From: a virus
Lineage: Duplodnaviria > Caudoviricetes
Length of the DNA stretch: 64,000 bases
Virus record (IMG/VR): IMGVR_UViG_3300029822_000006
Coordinates: 3,809-67,808 of that record
Reading direction: 5' to 3' (one strand)
Shown: positions 37,286 through 48,172 of the stretch, one piece after another
Layout of the letters: the number at the start of each line of letters is the position of its first letter
How positions within the stretch are numbered: position 1 is the stretch's first letter
Position numbers and translations under genes: made by a program
Notes under the pieces: generated by a model
Databases searched by the model: none
What the model was told of the DNA's origin: nothing
Seen by the model: the letters and a program-made list of their open reading frames with translations, nothing else

Positions 37286-37978
37286 TTGACAATGCAAGAA
37301 CAAAATGATATAAAAAATTTTATTAATAATTTAAATGGTGAATTTCAAGAAATCTTAGGTGGTGGATTTTATAATCTTATTACTGGAGAATTTTTCACAA
37401 AAACGGAAGTTCAAAAATATATTCAAAGACGAGTTGAAGAATACACCATTACTACAGTTGCTACAATTAATAGAACTTTAAGAGAATCAAATGAAATAGA
37501 AACTGAACAAAGATTGATTAATAAACGATCTAAAAATAAGAAATCGAAATTAAAAACTAAAGATAGATATGAAGGTGGAGATTTTAATATTATTTATAGA
37601 GATAGAATTGAGGAAGTGAATGATATGAAGTTAAACAATAATGAAAAATTAGTATTTTATGTATTAAGAGATTTTGCACAATACCCAACAAATTGTGTTG
37701 TTATTAAAGATTCTATTCCCACAATGAAAGAATTGGAGCCAATAATAGGATTAAATGAGAAGACAATTAGGAATTCTTTAAAATCATTACAAGAGAAGAA
37801 TTTAGTTAAATTGAAACAATATGGACATAGAAAATCAATATACATAAATCCTGAATACTATGCGACTGGGAAAGATTTGGATATAGAAACTTTACATATG
37901 TTTGATTTAATAGATTGTGATAATAATAAAATTGACGAGTATATACAATATTCTAAAGAAGAAGGTGATAATAATTAA
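37286..37978 (+). CDS. winged-helix protein, RepL-like
   Basis: EKLVFYVL...ELEPIIGLNEKTIRNSLKSL...YINPEYY. Confidence 0.55.
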   Translation: MTMQEQNDIKNFINNLNGEFQEILGGGFYNLITGEFFTKTEVQKYIQRRVEEYTITTVATINRTLRESNEIETEQRLINKRSKNKKSKLKTKDRYEGGDFNIIYRDRIEEVNDMKLNNNEKLVFYVLRDFAQYPTNCVVIKDSIPTMKELEPIIGLNEKTIRNSLKSLQEKNLVKLKQYGHRKSIYINPEYYATGKDLDIETLHMFDLIDCDNNKIDEYIQYSKEEGDNN

Positions 37979-38249
37979 ACAATTAATACATTTTCAAATT
38001 CCAACTAATGATAAAGGTGAACTAAAAGATTCATTAAATAATATAGTGAAATTCCATAAACAGGCAAAAGAAATGATTTCTGATGATTATTTAATATTAT
38101 TTTCCCCTTTTAAAGTAGATATTAATGAAAATATTGTACATATAAAAATTGATAAAAAATTAAATGATAGAATAAAGAAATCATTCTATAAATTGATTAA
38201 GCAAAAGATAGAAAAAGAAGGATATAAGATTATTACAGAAAAGATTTAA
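37917..38249 (+). CDS. hypothetical protein (start uncertain)
   Basis: ORF overlapping the upstream stop region. Confidence 0.4.
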   Translation: MIIIKLTSIYNILKKKVIIIKQLIHFQIPTNDKGELKDSLNNIVKFHKQAKEMISDDYLILFSPFKVDINENIVHIKIDKKLNDRIKKSFYKLIKQKIEKEGYKIITEKI

Positions 38250-38271
38250 GAGTAAAAGAGGTGAGATAAGA

Positions 38272-39258
38272 GTGCCGAAGAAAGTTGTAAAAAAGAATGA
38301 AGTGACAAATGGTGATAATAAAATACAATGTATTGGTAATTGTCGTTCTATAAAAACAAAAAATGATAGTAATTTCTTTAGATCAAATAATTCTAAACAT
38401 AATAATGATTTATATTCAGGATATGCCCCTATTTGTAAGCAATGTTTAAGAGAACAATGTTTTCAAAGTGATGGAAAAAATATAAATATAGAAGGTTTTA
38501 TGGAAGTATTAAAATTTCTCAATAAACCATTTGTACAAAAAGAATACTTAAGAGTTCTTAATTCTAAGAATGGATTTGATTTAGGACACTATATAAAAAA
38601 TATTGCTTTTAATTATAAAGGTTTAGAATTCAAAAATAGTGATAATAATTCTGAAGCTGTAAAAAATGCAACAGATATAATAAAAATTAATCCTTTAGTT
38701 ACCCAAGCTAATCAAAATATAGATAAATTAAGAGAAAAATTTGGATATGGATATGAGGATAAACAATATATTTTGTTTGAGAAAAAGTATCAGAATTTAA
38801 AACAATCTGTAAGTATAAAAACAGCTATGCATGAAGAATATTTTAAAGTTTATTGTGTAAATATGGTACTTAGTGATTTACACAAAGCAAATACCGATTC
38901 TAAAAAAGCTAAAGAATTTTATGATATGGCTCAAACTGCTGCAAAAGCAGGTAATTTTCAACCAAAAGATATAGATATATCAGGTGGTATTTCAAATTTT
39001 TCTGAATTATCATTAAAAATTGAAGAGACTCCAGAAGGAGAATTGATGGAGGTTTTACCTAGATTTAGAGAAGAACCAGAAGATAAAGTTGATATTGTGT
39101 TATGGGCACAAATTAATTATTTAAGACTAGCAAAAGGATTACCAGAGGCACCTTATAAAGATATATATGCATTTTATGATAGAAGAAGAGATGCTTATGA
39201 GAAACAAATTAATAATCGTATGAATGTAATATTGGGAAGTGAGAATAAAGATGAGTAA
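38272..39258 (+). CDS. putative terminase small subunit
   Basis: Directly upstream of the large terminase; N-terminal Cys motifs (CIGNC, ICKQC). Confidence 0.5.
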   Translation: MPKKVVKKNEVTNGDNKIQCIGNCRSIKTKNDSNFFRSNNSKHNNDLYSGYAPICKQCLREQCFQSDGKNINIEGFMEVLKFLNKPFVQKEYLRVLNSKNGFDLGHYIKNIAFNYKGLEFKNSDNNSEAVKNATDIIKINPLVTQANQNIDKLREKFGYGYEDKQYILFEKKYQNLKQSVSIKTAMHEEYFKVYCVNMVLSDLHKANTDSKKAKEFYDMAQTAAKAGNFQPKDIDISGGISNFSELSLKIEETPEGELMEVLPRFREEPEDKVDIVLWAQINYLRLAKGLPEAPYKDIYAFYDRRRDAYEKQINNRMNVILGSENKDE

Positions 39259-40931
39259 ACAAATTATTGCTAATGAAGATATTTTTCAAAAAAATATAAA
39301 TAAATGGATAAAATTTGCTCAATATATGAAATTTTACCCTGATATATTTTATGATCTTATAAAATCAGAAAAGGGTAGTTTAAGTTTAAATATGGATCAA
39401 AGAGTTTTTCTTCGTAGTTTGAGTAGATTTACAAATACTTATGCTTGTTATCCAAGAGGTTATGGGTAAAACTTTAATTGAATATATGTCTATATATCAT
39501 ACTTGTATATGGTTTCCTGGAATACGTATATCAATGTCAGCACAAACAAAAGAAAATGCTGCAAGTATATCAAGAGAAAAACATAATGATTTAATGGAAG
39601 CATTTCCTTTATTAAAAAATGAACTTGTAGAAAAAGAATGTCATTTTTCTAGAACGATGGCAACAGTGAAATTTAAAAATAATTCTACATATGATGTATT
39701 AGCTAATGCCCAAAGTACAAAAGGACAAAGAAGACAAAGATTAAATATAGAAGAAAGTGCTTTATTAAATAATGCATTATATAAAGATGCTTTAGAACCA
39801 GTTGTAAATGTTGCAAGAAGAACTAGAGGACAACTAGGGAAAGAAAATCCAATGGAACTTAATGGAATGATAAATTTTCTTACTACTACAGGATATAAAA
39901 ATTCAACTGAATATATGAGAGTAATTGATATGATTGATAAGATGGTAAATTTAGAAGGACAAATGGTTTTAGGTGCTAGTTGGAGATTACCTTGCTATTA
40001 TGGTAGAGGTGAAAATGAAGAACAGATATTAAAAAAGAAAAATGATCCTACATCTTCTTATGTAGATTTTCAAAGAAATTATGAAGAAGTATGGGTAGGA
40101 GCTGCCGATGATGCAATAATTGATATAAATAAATTAATGGATTGTCAAAATTATCCTATGGCTGTTTTAAAACCACAAAAAGATAGAGAATATTATTTAG
40201 GTGTTGACGTGGCAAGATCATCAAAAACTAGAAATAATAAATCTGCTTTTGTAGTATTTGAAGTAGAAAGAAATTCAGATAATACTATTAAAAATGCTTC
40301 GGTTGTAAATATAATTGTTCCTAAAAATGGATTGAATTTTTTTGATCAAAGTTTAATAGTAAAAAGATTAAATAAAGTATATAATTTTATATCTGTAATT
40401 GTAGATGCTAATGGTGTAGGTAGTGGATTAGTTGATACACTTATGATGGAAGCTTTAGATCCAAAAACAGGAGAAACTTATCCAGCATGGAATACTGAAA
40501 ACACAGATGATGAACCTAATGGACAAACTAGTTTAGATGCTCCATTATTATATGCTTTAAAAGCCACAGGTATTCAAACTAAAATAATAGTTGATTTTAT
40601 AGATTTTATAGAAAGTGATAGATTAAAATTATTAGTACCACTTAATGCTATAAATTTACCAGAAGAAGATAGTAAAAATAAAGAAGATATAAATAATATA
40701 AGAGCAGCACATTATCAAACAGATCAATTAAGAGATCAAATTGCTAATTTAAGAAAGGTAGATAAAAGTGCAGGAAATATTGATGTGGAACAAGTAAGTA
40801 AAGGTACAGATAAAGATATTTATTCTGCTTTAGTATATGGACTATATTATTTAAGAGAATTTGAGGATAAAAGAATAGAACAAAATAGTTCTTCTTTAGA
40901 GGAATTATTAGATTATACATTTTTTGTATAA
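39239..40931 (+). CDS. terL: terminase large subunit, split by a +1 frameshift at 39464-39469
   Basis: Walker A is restored across the shift (PRGYG-KTLIE); IEESA Walker B region; nuclease GVDVARS, VDANGVG, KDIYSAL. Confidence 0.88.
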
Positions 40932-40964
40932 AAAAATTAAATAATGATTTGAGGTAGAGAAGAT

Positions 40965-41345
40965 ATGGATGGCATAAATAATAAATATGAATTAAAAATA
41001 ACCAAACGATTATTTGATAGTTATATAAGTTTACTGATAGATTCAATTTTTAAATTGTTACCAATTTATGAAGGACTTTCAAAATCTAAAGAAATTGTAT
41101 ATTCTTCAGAACAATCTTATAAACACTATCAACAGCATTTAGAAAAAATTCTTATAGAAATAACAGGAGATTATTATATTTTTTACGATATTCCAGAATT
41201 TATAAAATTATTGACTTTAATTCAAGGAATGATAGATATAAATATAGATGAACATGATACTGTAAGAAGTATGGTTTTTGAGTGTATAAAAATATGTGAA
41301 AATATAAAGAATCAAACTAATGAAAATAATTTAGAAGAAATATAA
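40965..41345 (+). CDS. hypothetical protein between terminase and portal
   Basis: GAGG RBS; helical. Confidence 0.6.
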   Translation: MDGINNKYELKITKRLFDSYISLLIDSIFKLLPIYEGLSKSKEIVYSSEQSYKHYQQHLEKILIEITGDYYIFYDIPEFIKLLTLIQGMIDINIDEHDTVRSMVFECIKICENIKNQTNENNLEEI

Positions 41346-41372
41346 AAAATTAAATAAGGGAGAAGGTGAAAT

Positions 41373-42971
41373 ATGGCTAGAAAGAAAAGAGTAAGACCAC
41401 CTAAAAATCTACAACCTGAACAAGAAAAGATTTCTGAAAGAGAAGTTTATGATGTATTAACCTTTGCTAAAAGTATGATTAGTGGAACAGTATATACTCC
41501 TGAATTAGTAAATGCTAGGATGAAAGATTTAACATTAAATCCTACTGAACCTACTAATGATATGTTAGATACAGCATTAAAAGATCCTAAAAATAATGAA
41601 GATAATTTTCGTGCTATTAGTGAATGGTTTGAAATGACAGATATGTTATATAAAAGAAATTTATATTATTATGGAAATATGTTGAGTTTTGATCTTACAT
41701 GGACTTGTACTAATATAAAAAAATATGAAGAATATAATTCTGCTGCATATAAAAAAGATTTAGCAATATTATATGATTTTCTTGATAAATTTGATTCTAA
41801 ATTTGAGTTTAATAGAGCAGTTAGACAAATGACTAGACAAGATGCTTACTTTGTTGCATTACGTGATGAAGGAGAAAGATATACTTTACAAGAATTACCT
41901 ATTAAATATTGTAAAATAACTGGTAAAAGTAGAGATGATGCTTCTTATCTTTTTGATTTTGATTTAATGTATTTTATTAGAAATATAGCTGTAGATATTA
42001 ATACATATCCAAAAGTATTTAGAAATAAATATAGAAAAAGAATTGAAGATGGAAAAAATAATGGATATATTCCTTCATCATCAACAAATAATAGAAATGG
42101 AGAATGGGTTTATTGGGTTCAGACAAGTCCTGTAGATAATATGTGGTGTTTTAAATTTAATATGGAAGAAGCTACTCAATTACCATATTTTACTCCTCTA
42201 TTTAAAGATTTAATATTAACACCAATTGTACGAAATTTACAAACTAATAAATATATTATTGCTGCTAGTAGAATGTTAGTAGGATTAATTCCATTATTAA
42301 AAGATAACAAGTCAGGTAATTCAAGAAATAAAATGGCTATAGATCCTGTAACATTGGGACAATTTGCATCAGTAGTAAAACAAGGTTTACCAAATCCTGT
42401 ATCATTAGGAGTAGTACCTTTTGATGATATGAAAGAATTTGATTTTAGTAAAGCACAAGAAACTAATATTTATAGAGAACATAATTTAAATATTGGTATA
42501 AATACAGGTTCAAGAATGTCCTATCCTGCACAACAACAAAATGCTATTGAGAGTCAAAGTTCTCTTGATGTAGATAAAATGATGGTTGAATATTTATATC
42601 CACAATTTAACCATTTTTTAAATTATTATGTTAATAAAAGAACTAAAAAATATAAGTTTAATTTTTTCTTTGAGGGATTTAAATTTAATTCTGATAGACA
42701 AAATAGAATAGATACTGCTATGAAAATGGCTTCTGTAGGTATAACTTCATTTCCTAAAATAGCTGCTGCGTGGGGAATGTTACCTCAAGATTTGCAAAGA
42801 CAAATGGCAGAATCTAGTATGATGGGGTGGATAGACAATTTAGTACCACTATTAAATATGTATAATCAATCTCAAGATCAAGGTAGACCACAAAATCAAC
42901 AAATAAATAATGATAATACATTGAAAAGCAGAGAAACGGGATCAAATGTTCAAAAAGGTGGAAAAATATAA
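41373..42971 (+). CDS. portal protein
   Basis: 532 aa, positioned between terminase and protease; portal-like helical pattern. Confidence 0.7.
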   Translation: MARKKRVRPPKNLQPEQEKISEREVYDVLTFAKSMISGTVYTPELVNARMKDLTLNPTEPTNDMLDTALKDPKNNEDNFRAISEWFEMTDMLYKRNLYYYGNMLSFDLTWTCTNIKKYEEYNSAAYKKDLAILYDFLDKFDSKFEFNRAVRQMTRQDAYFVALRDEGERYTLQELPIKYCKITGKSRDDASYLFDFDLMYFIRNIAVDINTYPKVFRNKYRKRIEDGKNNGYIPSSSTNNRNGEWVYWVQTSPVDNMWCFKFNMEEATQLPYFTPLFKDLILTPIVRNLQTNKYIIAASRMLVGLIPLLKDNKSGNSRNKMAIDPVTLGQFASVVKQGLPNPVSLGVVPFDDMKEFDFSKAQETNIYREHNLNIGINTGSRMSYPAQQQNAIESQSSLDVDKMMVEYLYPQFNHFLNYYVNKRTKKYKFNFFFEGFKFNSDRQNRIDTAMKMASVGITSFPKIAAAWGMLPQDLQRQMAESSMMGWIDNLVPLLNMYNQSQDQGRPQNQQINNDNTLKSRETGSNVQKGGKI

Positions 42972-43008
42972 ATATTAAATAATTTATTAGAAAGGAGAAA
43001 TATTATTA

Positions 43009-43560
43009 ATGGGTAAACATACTATGATATCTGATACAGTTAACAATCAGTTAAATTTAATTGTGCAAAAATGTTTTTTAGGTAATCGAATATTAGATAG
43101 GATGATGTCTGTGTTGTCTATAAAATTTGTAATGAATAAGACATCTAATTTATTACATGGATTACTAGCACATGCTTTCCCTTTGCTCGGAGATGAGATT
43201 TCAGAATATCAAGATTCTAGAAATATGTTAACTATATATTTAGAAACACCAAAAGATGAATCTAATTATGAAACACCATTACAATTGTTTGAAACATTTT
43301 TTAATTTTATGGAAGAATTAGAGCAATCAATTGATGATGGTATAAGAATAGCTAAAGAAAATAATGATAGAATGACAAAAATATTTTTAGAAAAATTTTT
43401 ATTACAAATAAATGATTATACTGCTCAAGCTATATTATTATGTGATAAAGCAGAAATGTATGGGAATAATACTATGTCATGGATGAGTTTTGATAGACAT
43501 GTAGAAGAATTTATAATTCTTAAGCCTTTAATTCAAAATATAGAAGAGGATGATGATTAA
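43009..43560 (+). CDS. ferritin/Dps-like four-helix-bundle protein
   Basis: LHGLLAHAFPLLGDEISEY...MEELEQSI...AKENNDRMTKIFLEKFL pattern. Confidence 0.55.
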   Translation: MGKHTMISDTVNNQLNLIVQKCFLGNRILDRMMSVLSIKFVMNKTSNLLHGLLAHAFPLLGDEISEYQDSRNMLTIYLETPKDESNYETPLQLFETFFNFMEELEQSIDDGIRIAKENNDRMTKIFLEKFLLQINDYTAQAILLCDKAEMYGNNTMSWMSFDRHVEEFIILKPLIQNIEEDDD

Positions 43561-43752
43561 ATGAAACTACAAAATAGATATTTAAAATGTTTTTCTAAAG
43601 AGAAATTTCAACAATTAAAAGATGTTGGATTTCTTTTTTTATATGAACAAAATGGAGTTTATTACTTTGAGAATAATGATAAATTAATTAAACAATTTAG
43701 TAAAAATGATTTATTTGAAGATACAAAATCTTCTATGACAATTAACTTTTAA
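43561..43752 (+). CDS. small hypothetical protein
   Basis: Coupled to the upstream gene. Confidence 0.55.
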   Translation: MKLQNRYLKCFSKEKFQQLKDVGFLFLYEQNGVYYFENNDKLIKQFSKNDLFEDTKSSMTINF

Positions 43753-43782
43753 ACAATATTTTCTTATTAGGGAGGTGATAGT

Positions 43783-46700
43783 TTGCAAAAAGAAAAACTA
43801 GATTTTGAAGCAAAATTAGATAATCCAACAAAAATAAATGATTTAATTACTAGATATAAATGTTATATTTGTTCACCTAATGAATTAGCAAATGGATATA
43901 TGTTCCCTCAATCTACTTTAGATAAAATGAAAAATTCTATTCTTGGAACTGCTGTAGTGGCAGCATTTATCGGAGACAATAATGATGGATCACGTTTTGG
44001 TGGTCATGAAGATGGATTAACTAAAAATCAGAATGGAATGACTATAAGAAGTCCTATGCCAATTGGTGTTGGGTTTGCCGATCCTTATCTTGAACCTTGG
44101 ATGGAAGAATATAAGGGAAGACAATTTCTTACATGTTATATATATCTTTGGACGGGTAGATATCAAGGATTGAATACTATACCAGAAAGAACTATATATC
44201 AATCTATGGAAGTTTGCACAGATGATGAACAAAAAGATGGATATAAATTAGTAAATGATGCATTAGTATTAGGATTATGTTTACTAGAAGGTGGAGATGG
44301 AGGAGTTCAACCAGCTTTTGATGATGCAACAATAGTACCATTTTCTAGAAATGATGTTCAATTAGATATTAATAAAATGAAAAAAGAATTTGCTGAAATG
44401 ATGAATAATATTTCAGATAAGTATAAATCATTAAACTTTAAAATACCTCAAAAAGTTAAAGATAATGCAAAAGAAGGATTAGAATTACATAAAAAATATA
44501 AAAGAGGAGGTACTTCTGTAGGATTAGCTACTGCTAATTATCTAATTAATAATGATGTTGTTTCTCCTGATAAAGTAAGACATATAGCCAAATATTTTCC
44601 TAGACATTCAGGTGACAACCTTGATGAAAATGGTAAAAATGATAAACCTGTAAGTAATGGATTTATTGCTTGGTGTTTGTCTGCTGATTCTAAGATACTT
44701 ATGGCAGATGGTAATTTTAAAACAGCAAAAGAAATTTGTGAAAAACATATAACTGATAAAGTTATTAGCTATAATACTATGACAAATAAATTTGAAGAAA
44801 AGAAGATAATAAATTGGTTTATTAATCCCTCAGAACCAAAAGATTTTTATGTAATAGGAAAAAATAAACAAAATCATAGAGGTGTTTTTAATGATACTAA
44901 ATTAATTATTACAGGAGAACATCCTTTTTATAGTAATAATCAATGGATACCTGCAAAAGATATGAAAAATAAAAATCTAAATTCTATACATTATTGTTTA
45001 GATGATATTGGTATGCAAATAATATATGGAAGTATATTAGGTGATGGATGTATTGCTAAAGATGGAAGATATGCAGAAGGTCATGGTATAGTACAAAAAG
45101 ACTATATATTAGAAAAAAAACGAATTTTAAAAAATTTAAATATTAGAGATTATATATATATACCAAAATGTGGATATAGTAAAGGGAAACAAGAAATTCA
45201 AATAAGATCATCTGTTTGTCAATTTTTAAAAGATATAAGAGATGAATTATATATAGATAATAAAAAAACTATTAATTTAAATTTTTTAAATAAAATAAAT
45301 AATATAGGTATAGCAATATGGATAGCTGATGATGGACATTTACATTACAATAAAAAAAATAATAATTCGTATAATTATAGATTGCATATAGAAGGATTTG
45401 ATAAAAAATCAGCAAATATTATTAAGGAATATTTTATTAACAAAGGTTATAATTGTAATTTAATAAAAAGAGAAAATTGTGATGGTTATTGTTTGTATTT
45501 TACTCAAGAAGCTTCTAGAAATCTTGGAAAAAACATTGCTAAATATATGCCTATTTCAATGAAATATAAAATACCATTAGAATTTAAAGAAATAAATTAT
45601 GAATTAAAAGATTATGTATCAAACTTAAAATATTATTTGTCAGAAGAACAAGTTACTAAACATTTAAATTTGACTGAATATAAAGATAGACACTCTATTC
45701 AGCCTAAAAAACATTCGTTAAAGTATAATTTTACAGTAGAAGATAATAATAATTATTTTGCAAATGGATTTTTAGTTCATAACTGTCTTTGGGGAGGGGA
45801 TGAAGCTTGGAAATGGAGTCAAGATTTAGTAGATTCTATGAATAAAATAGATAAAAAAGAAAAGGAGAGAAAAACTGAAGAAAACTTTGATAAAAATGAA
45901 TTGGGTAGTGGTGATTATTCTATAAAAATAAATAAATCTAAAGAGGCTATGAGTAATACATCTTGGGGAAATGTAGATAAAACTTCTCAATTACATAAAG
46001 TTATTAAAGCTAAAAATGTTAAAACAGTAGTTGATGATATTTTTGCTTTAGTTGAAGCAGATTGGGAAAATGCACCATCTAAACATCTTAAATATCCAAT
46101 AATGGAAGTAAAGAGTGATAATGAAGCTGTTTATAATAGAGGAGCTTTGAAATCAGCATTAGGTTATGCAAAAGCACAAAATGAGACTACTGTTATTTCT
46201 AAGTTAGTTAAAATTTATAAAGATTTAGAATTAAATAAAGAGAATGCTAAAGAATTTGATTTTAGTTATGAAGAATATGATGTTATGTTTTCTGATGATA
46301 AAGCTAATATGTCTAAAGATCAAAATAATTCAACAGAAGAAATAATAAATAATGATAATACAATTATAAAGGAGGATAAAAATAATATGTCTAAAAGTTT
46401 TGCAAAAAAAGAAATGTTAGAAAAAATGTCTAAGTGTTTAGAAGAATGTAAATACACTAAAGACGATAAGGAAATGTGTAAATATAGTGTTGTTAGTTAT
46501 GATAATGAAAATATTTATGCAATAGATAAGGAAAATTGTAAAATGTCTGCAATTCCTTATTCTGTAGATGGTGAAGATATAAAACCAGATTGTGGTAATT
46601 GTAAGTGTGCTAAATTAATTTGTGGTGTTTATTCTGATGATGGAGAAGACAATGAAGATAGTGATGTAATGATGGCTTTAAATCAGAAATTTACTACAGA

Positions 46701-47178
46701 TGAAAATATTGAAGGATTAGCTAATATAGCTAGAAGTAAAGATGAAACTGAAGCTGATAAAAAGAAAATAGCTGAAATGGAAGCAAAAATACAAAAGATG
46801 GAAGAAGATTATAATAAATTAAAATGTTCTTATGATGAAATGTCAAAATTAAAATGTGATTTTGAAAATAAGAATAATGATTTGCAAGTTAAAATGAGCA
46901 AATTAGAAACAGATAAAAAGAATACAATAATAAATAATGCAATAGAAGAAATAAAAGGATTAGTTCCAGAAGGAGATATAGAAAAATTACAAAATAAAGT
47001 AAATGATTTTTCTAAAATTGAAGATTGGGTAGAACATACTCAGGCTTTTGCTTTTAAATATATAAAGGAAAATCCTACTAGATTACCTTTAAATGGTGAT
47101 TTTCAAAAAATAGATCCTAATGATATTTGGGGAAAAGATATCTCAAAAGATGATACATGGAATATAGAAAATAAATAA
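43783..47178 (+). CDS. prohead protease/scaffold polyprotein containing an intein
   Basis: N-terminal protease-like region (GGHE...QSMEV...PAF), accessory domains, C-terminal coiled coil; lies upstream of the capsid genes. Confidence 0.75.
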   Translation: MQKEKLDFEAKLDNPTKINDLITRYKCYICSPNELANGYMFPQSTLDKMKNSILGTAVVAAFIGDNNDGSRFGGHEDGLTKNQNGMTIRSPMPIGVGFADPYLEPWMEEYKGRQFLTCYIYLWTGRYQGLNTIPERTIYQSMEVCTDDEQKDGYKLVNDALVLGLCLLEGGDGGVQPAFDDATIVPFSRNDVQLDINKMKKEFAEMMNNISDKYKSLNFKIPQKVKDNAKEGLELHKKYKRGGTSVGLATANYLINNDVVSPDKVRHIAKYFPRHSGDNLDENGKNDKPVSNGFIAWCLSADSKILMADGNFKTAKEICEKHITDKVISYNTMTNKFEEKKIINWFINPSEPKDFYVIGKNKQNHRGVFNDTKLIITGEHPFYSNNQWIPAKDMKNKNLNSIHYCLDDIGMQIIYGSILGDGCIAKDGRYAEGHGIVQKDYILEKKRILKNLNIRDYIYIPKCGYSKGKQEIQIRSSVCQFLKDIRDELYIDNKKTINLNFLNKINNIGIAIWIADDGHLHYNKKNNNSYNYRLHIEGFDKKSANIIKEYFINKGYNCNLIKRENCDGYCLYFTQEASRNLGKNIAKYMPISMKYKIPLEFKEINYELKDYVSNLKYYLSEEQVTKHLNLTEYKDRHSIQPKKHSLKYNFTVEDNNNYFANGFLVHNCLWGGDEAWKWSQDLVDSMNKIDKKEKERKTEENFDKNELGSGDYSIKINKSKEAMSNTSWGNVDKTSQLHKVIKAKNVKTVVDDIFALVEADWENAPSKHLKYPIMEVKSDNEAVYNRGALKSALGYAKAQNETTVISKLVKIYKDLELNKENAKEFDFSYEEYDVMFSDDKANMSKDQNNSTEEIINNDNTIIKEDKNNMSKSFAKKEMLEKMSKCLEECKYTKDDKEMCKYSVVSYDNENIYAIDKENCKMSAIPYSVDGEDIKPDCGNCKCAKLICGVYSDDGEDNEDSDVMMALNQKFTTDENIEGLANIARSKDETEADKKKIAEMEAKIQKMEEDYNKLKCSYDEMSKLKCDFENKNNDLQVKMSKLETDKKNTIINNAIEEIKGLVPEGDIEKLQNKVNDFSKIEDWVEHTQAFAFKYIKENPTRLPLNGDFQKIDPNDIWGKDISKDDTWNIENK
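44674..45783 (+). mobile_element. 370-aa intein with LAGLIDADG homing endonuclease
   Basis: AW|CLSADSKIL ... ANGFLVHN|CLWGG; internal YGSILGDG and IWIADDG motifs. Confidence 0.92.
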
Positions 47179-47193
47179 AGGAGGTTTTATATA

Positions 47194-47562
47194 ATGGCTA
47201 TAGCTATAAGTGATACACAAAAAGTAGCATTAGATAAAATGTGTATGACAGCAAAAGATGTAACTTTAGGTACAGTAATTCAGACATTAGGAACAAATGT
47301 AGATAATCTAGGGGAAATTGTAGATGGTTTAGATACTATTGCTGCAGGCACACATACAGTTTCTTCTAGTGAAGGTACTGCTGAAACTTGTACTATAGAT
47401 ACAGGTAAAACAATTACTGGTTTTATAGTACAAATTTATAGAAGTGGAAAACTTACAACTAATTATGCAGTATCAGCAAGTACAACAAATTTAACAATTG
47501 CTACAAATAGTACAGATTATGTGCTTACAAGTGGAGATGTTATTAATTATATTATATTTTAA
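47194..47562 (+). CDS. putative head-associated structural protein
   Basis: T/S/G-rich; located in the head module. Confidence 0.45.
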   Translation: MAIAISDTQKVALDKMCMTAKDVTLGTVIQTLGTNVDNLGEIVDGLDTIAAGTHTVSSSEGTAETCTIDTGKTITGFIVQIYRSGKLTTNYAVSASTTNLTIATNSTDYVLTSGDVINYIIF

Positions 47563-47598
47563 TAAAAATTAAATAAAAATTAAGGAGGAAAAATAATA

Positions 47599-48141
47599 AT
47601 GGCATATCATACAATTATGTTACCTAGTGCGGTAATGTCAAAAGATGTTGATTCTTTAGTAAGAAGTGCAAAATCAACAACAACTGATTTAGATAATGGT
47701 TCTTTAGTACAATTAAATACAGGTGTTTCTAGTACATATGGAGAAGGACAAGTATATTTAGCAACACAACCTGCTACGGGTTCATTAAATAATTTATGGA
47801 TGATTGGTGATCCAGAAGTTGTAGTTACAGATGGAAAATATAAAGGGATAGATGTAAATGTAAGAGATTTTTATACTCCTACAGGTTCAATATTTTCAGT
47901 ATTTAAACCAAAATTATACGATATTATTGAATTAACTGGAGAAGCCTTCACAAATTCAATAGGAGAGTATACATATGCAAGTGCAGCAAATGGCAGTTAT
48001 TTATTAACTTGGGCAAGTTCACCTACTTCAAATGCTACTTCATTTAAGCTTGTTAAGACAACTTATATTTCAGTACCAATTGGATTTCCAGGTTCAGGAA
48101 ATAGAGTAACTTCTTATAAACTTGAATGTATAACAGAATAA
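47599..48141 (+). CDS. putative capsid decoration/cement protein
   Basis: DLDNGSLV motif; directly upstream of the major capsid gene as in SPbeta-like phages. Confidence 0.55.
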   Translation: MAYHTIMLPSAVMSKDVDSLVRSAKSTTTDLDNGSLVQLNTGVSSTYGEGQVYLATQPATGSLNNLWMIGDPEVVVTDGKYKGIDVNVRDFYTPTGSIFSVFKPKLYDIIELTGEAFTNSIGEYTYASAANGSYLLTWASSPTSNATSFKLVKTTYISVPIGFPGSGNRVTSYKLECITE

Positions 48142-48172
48142 CTAATAATTAAATAAAGGAGGAAAAATAATA

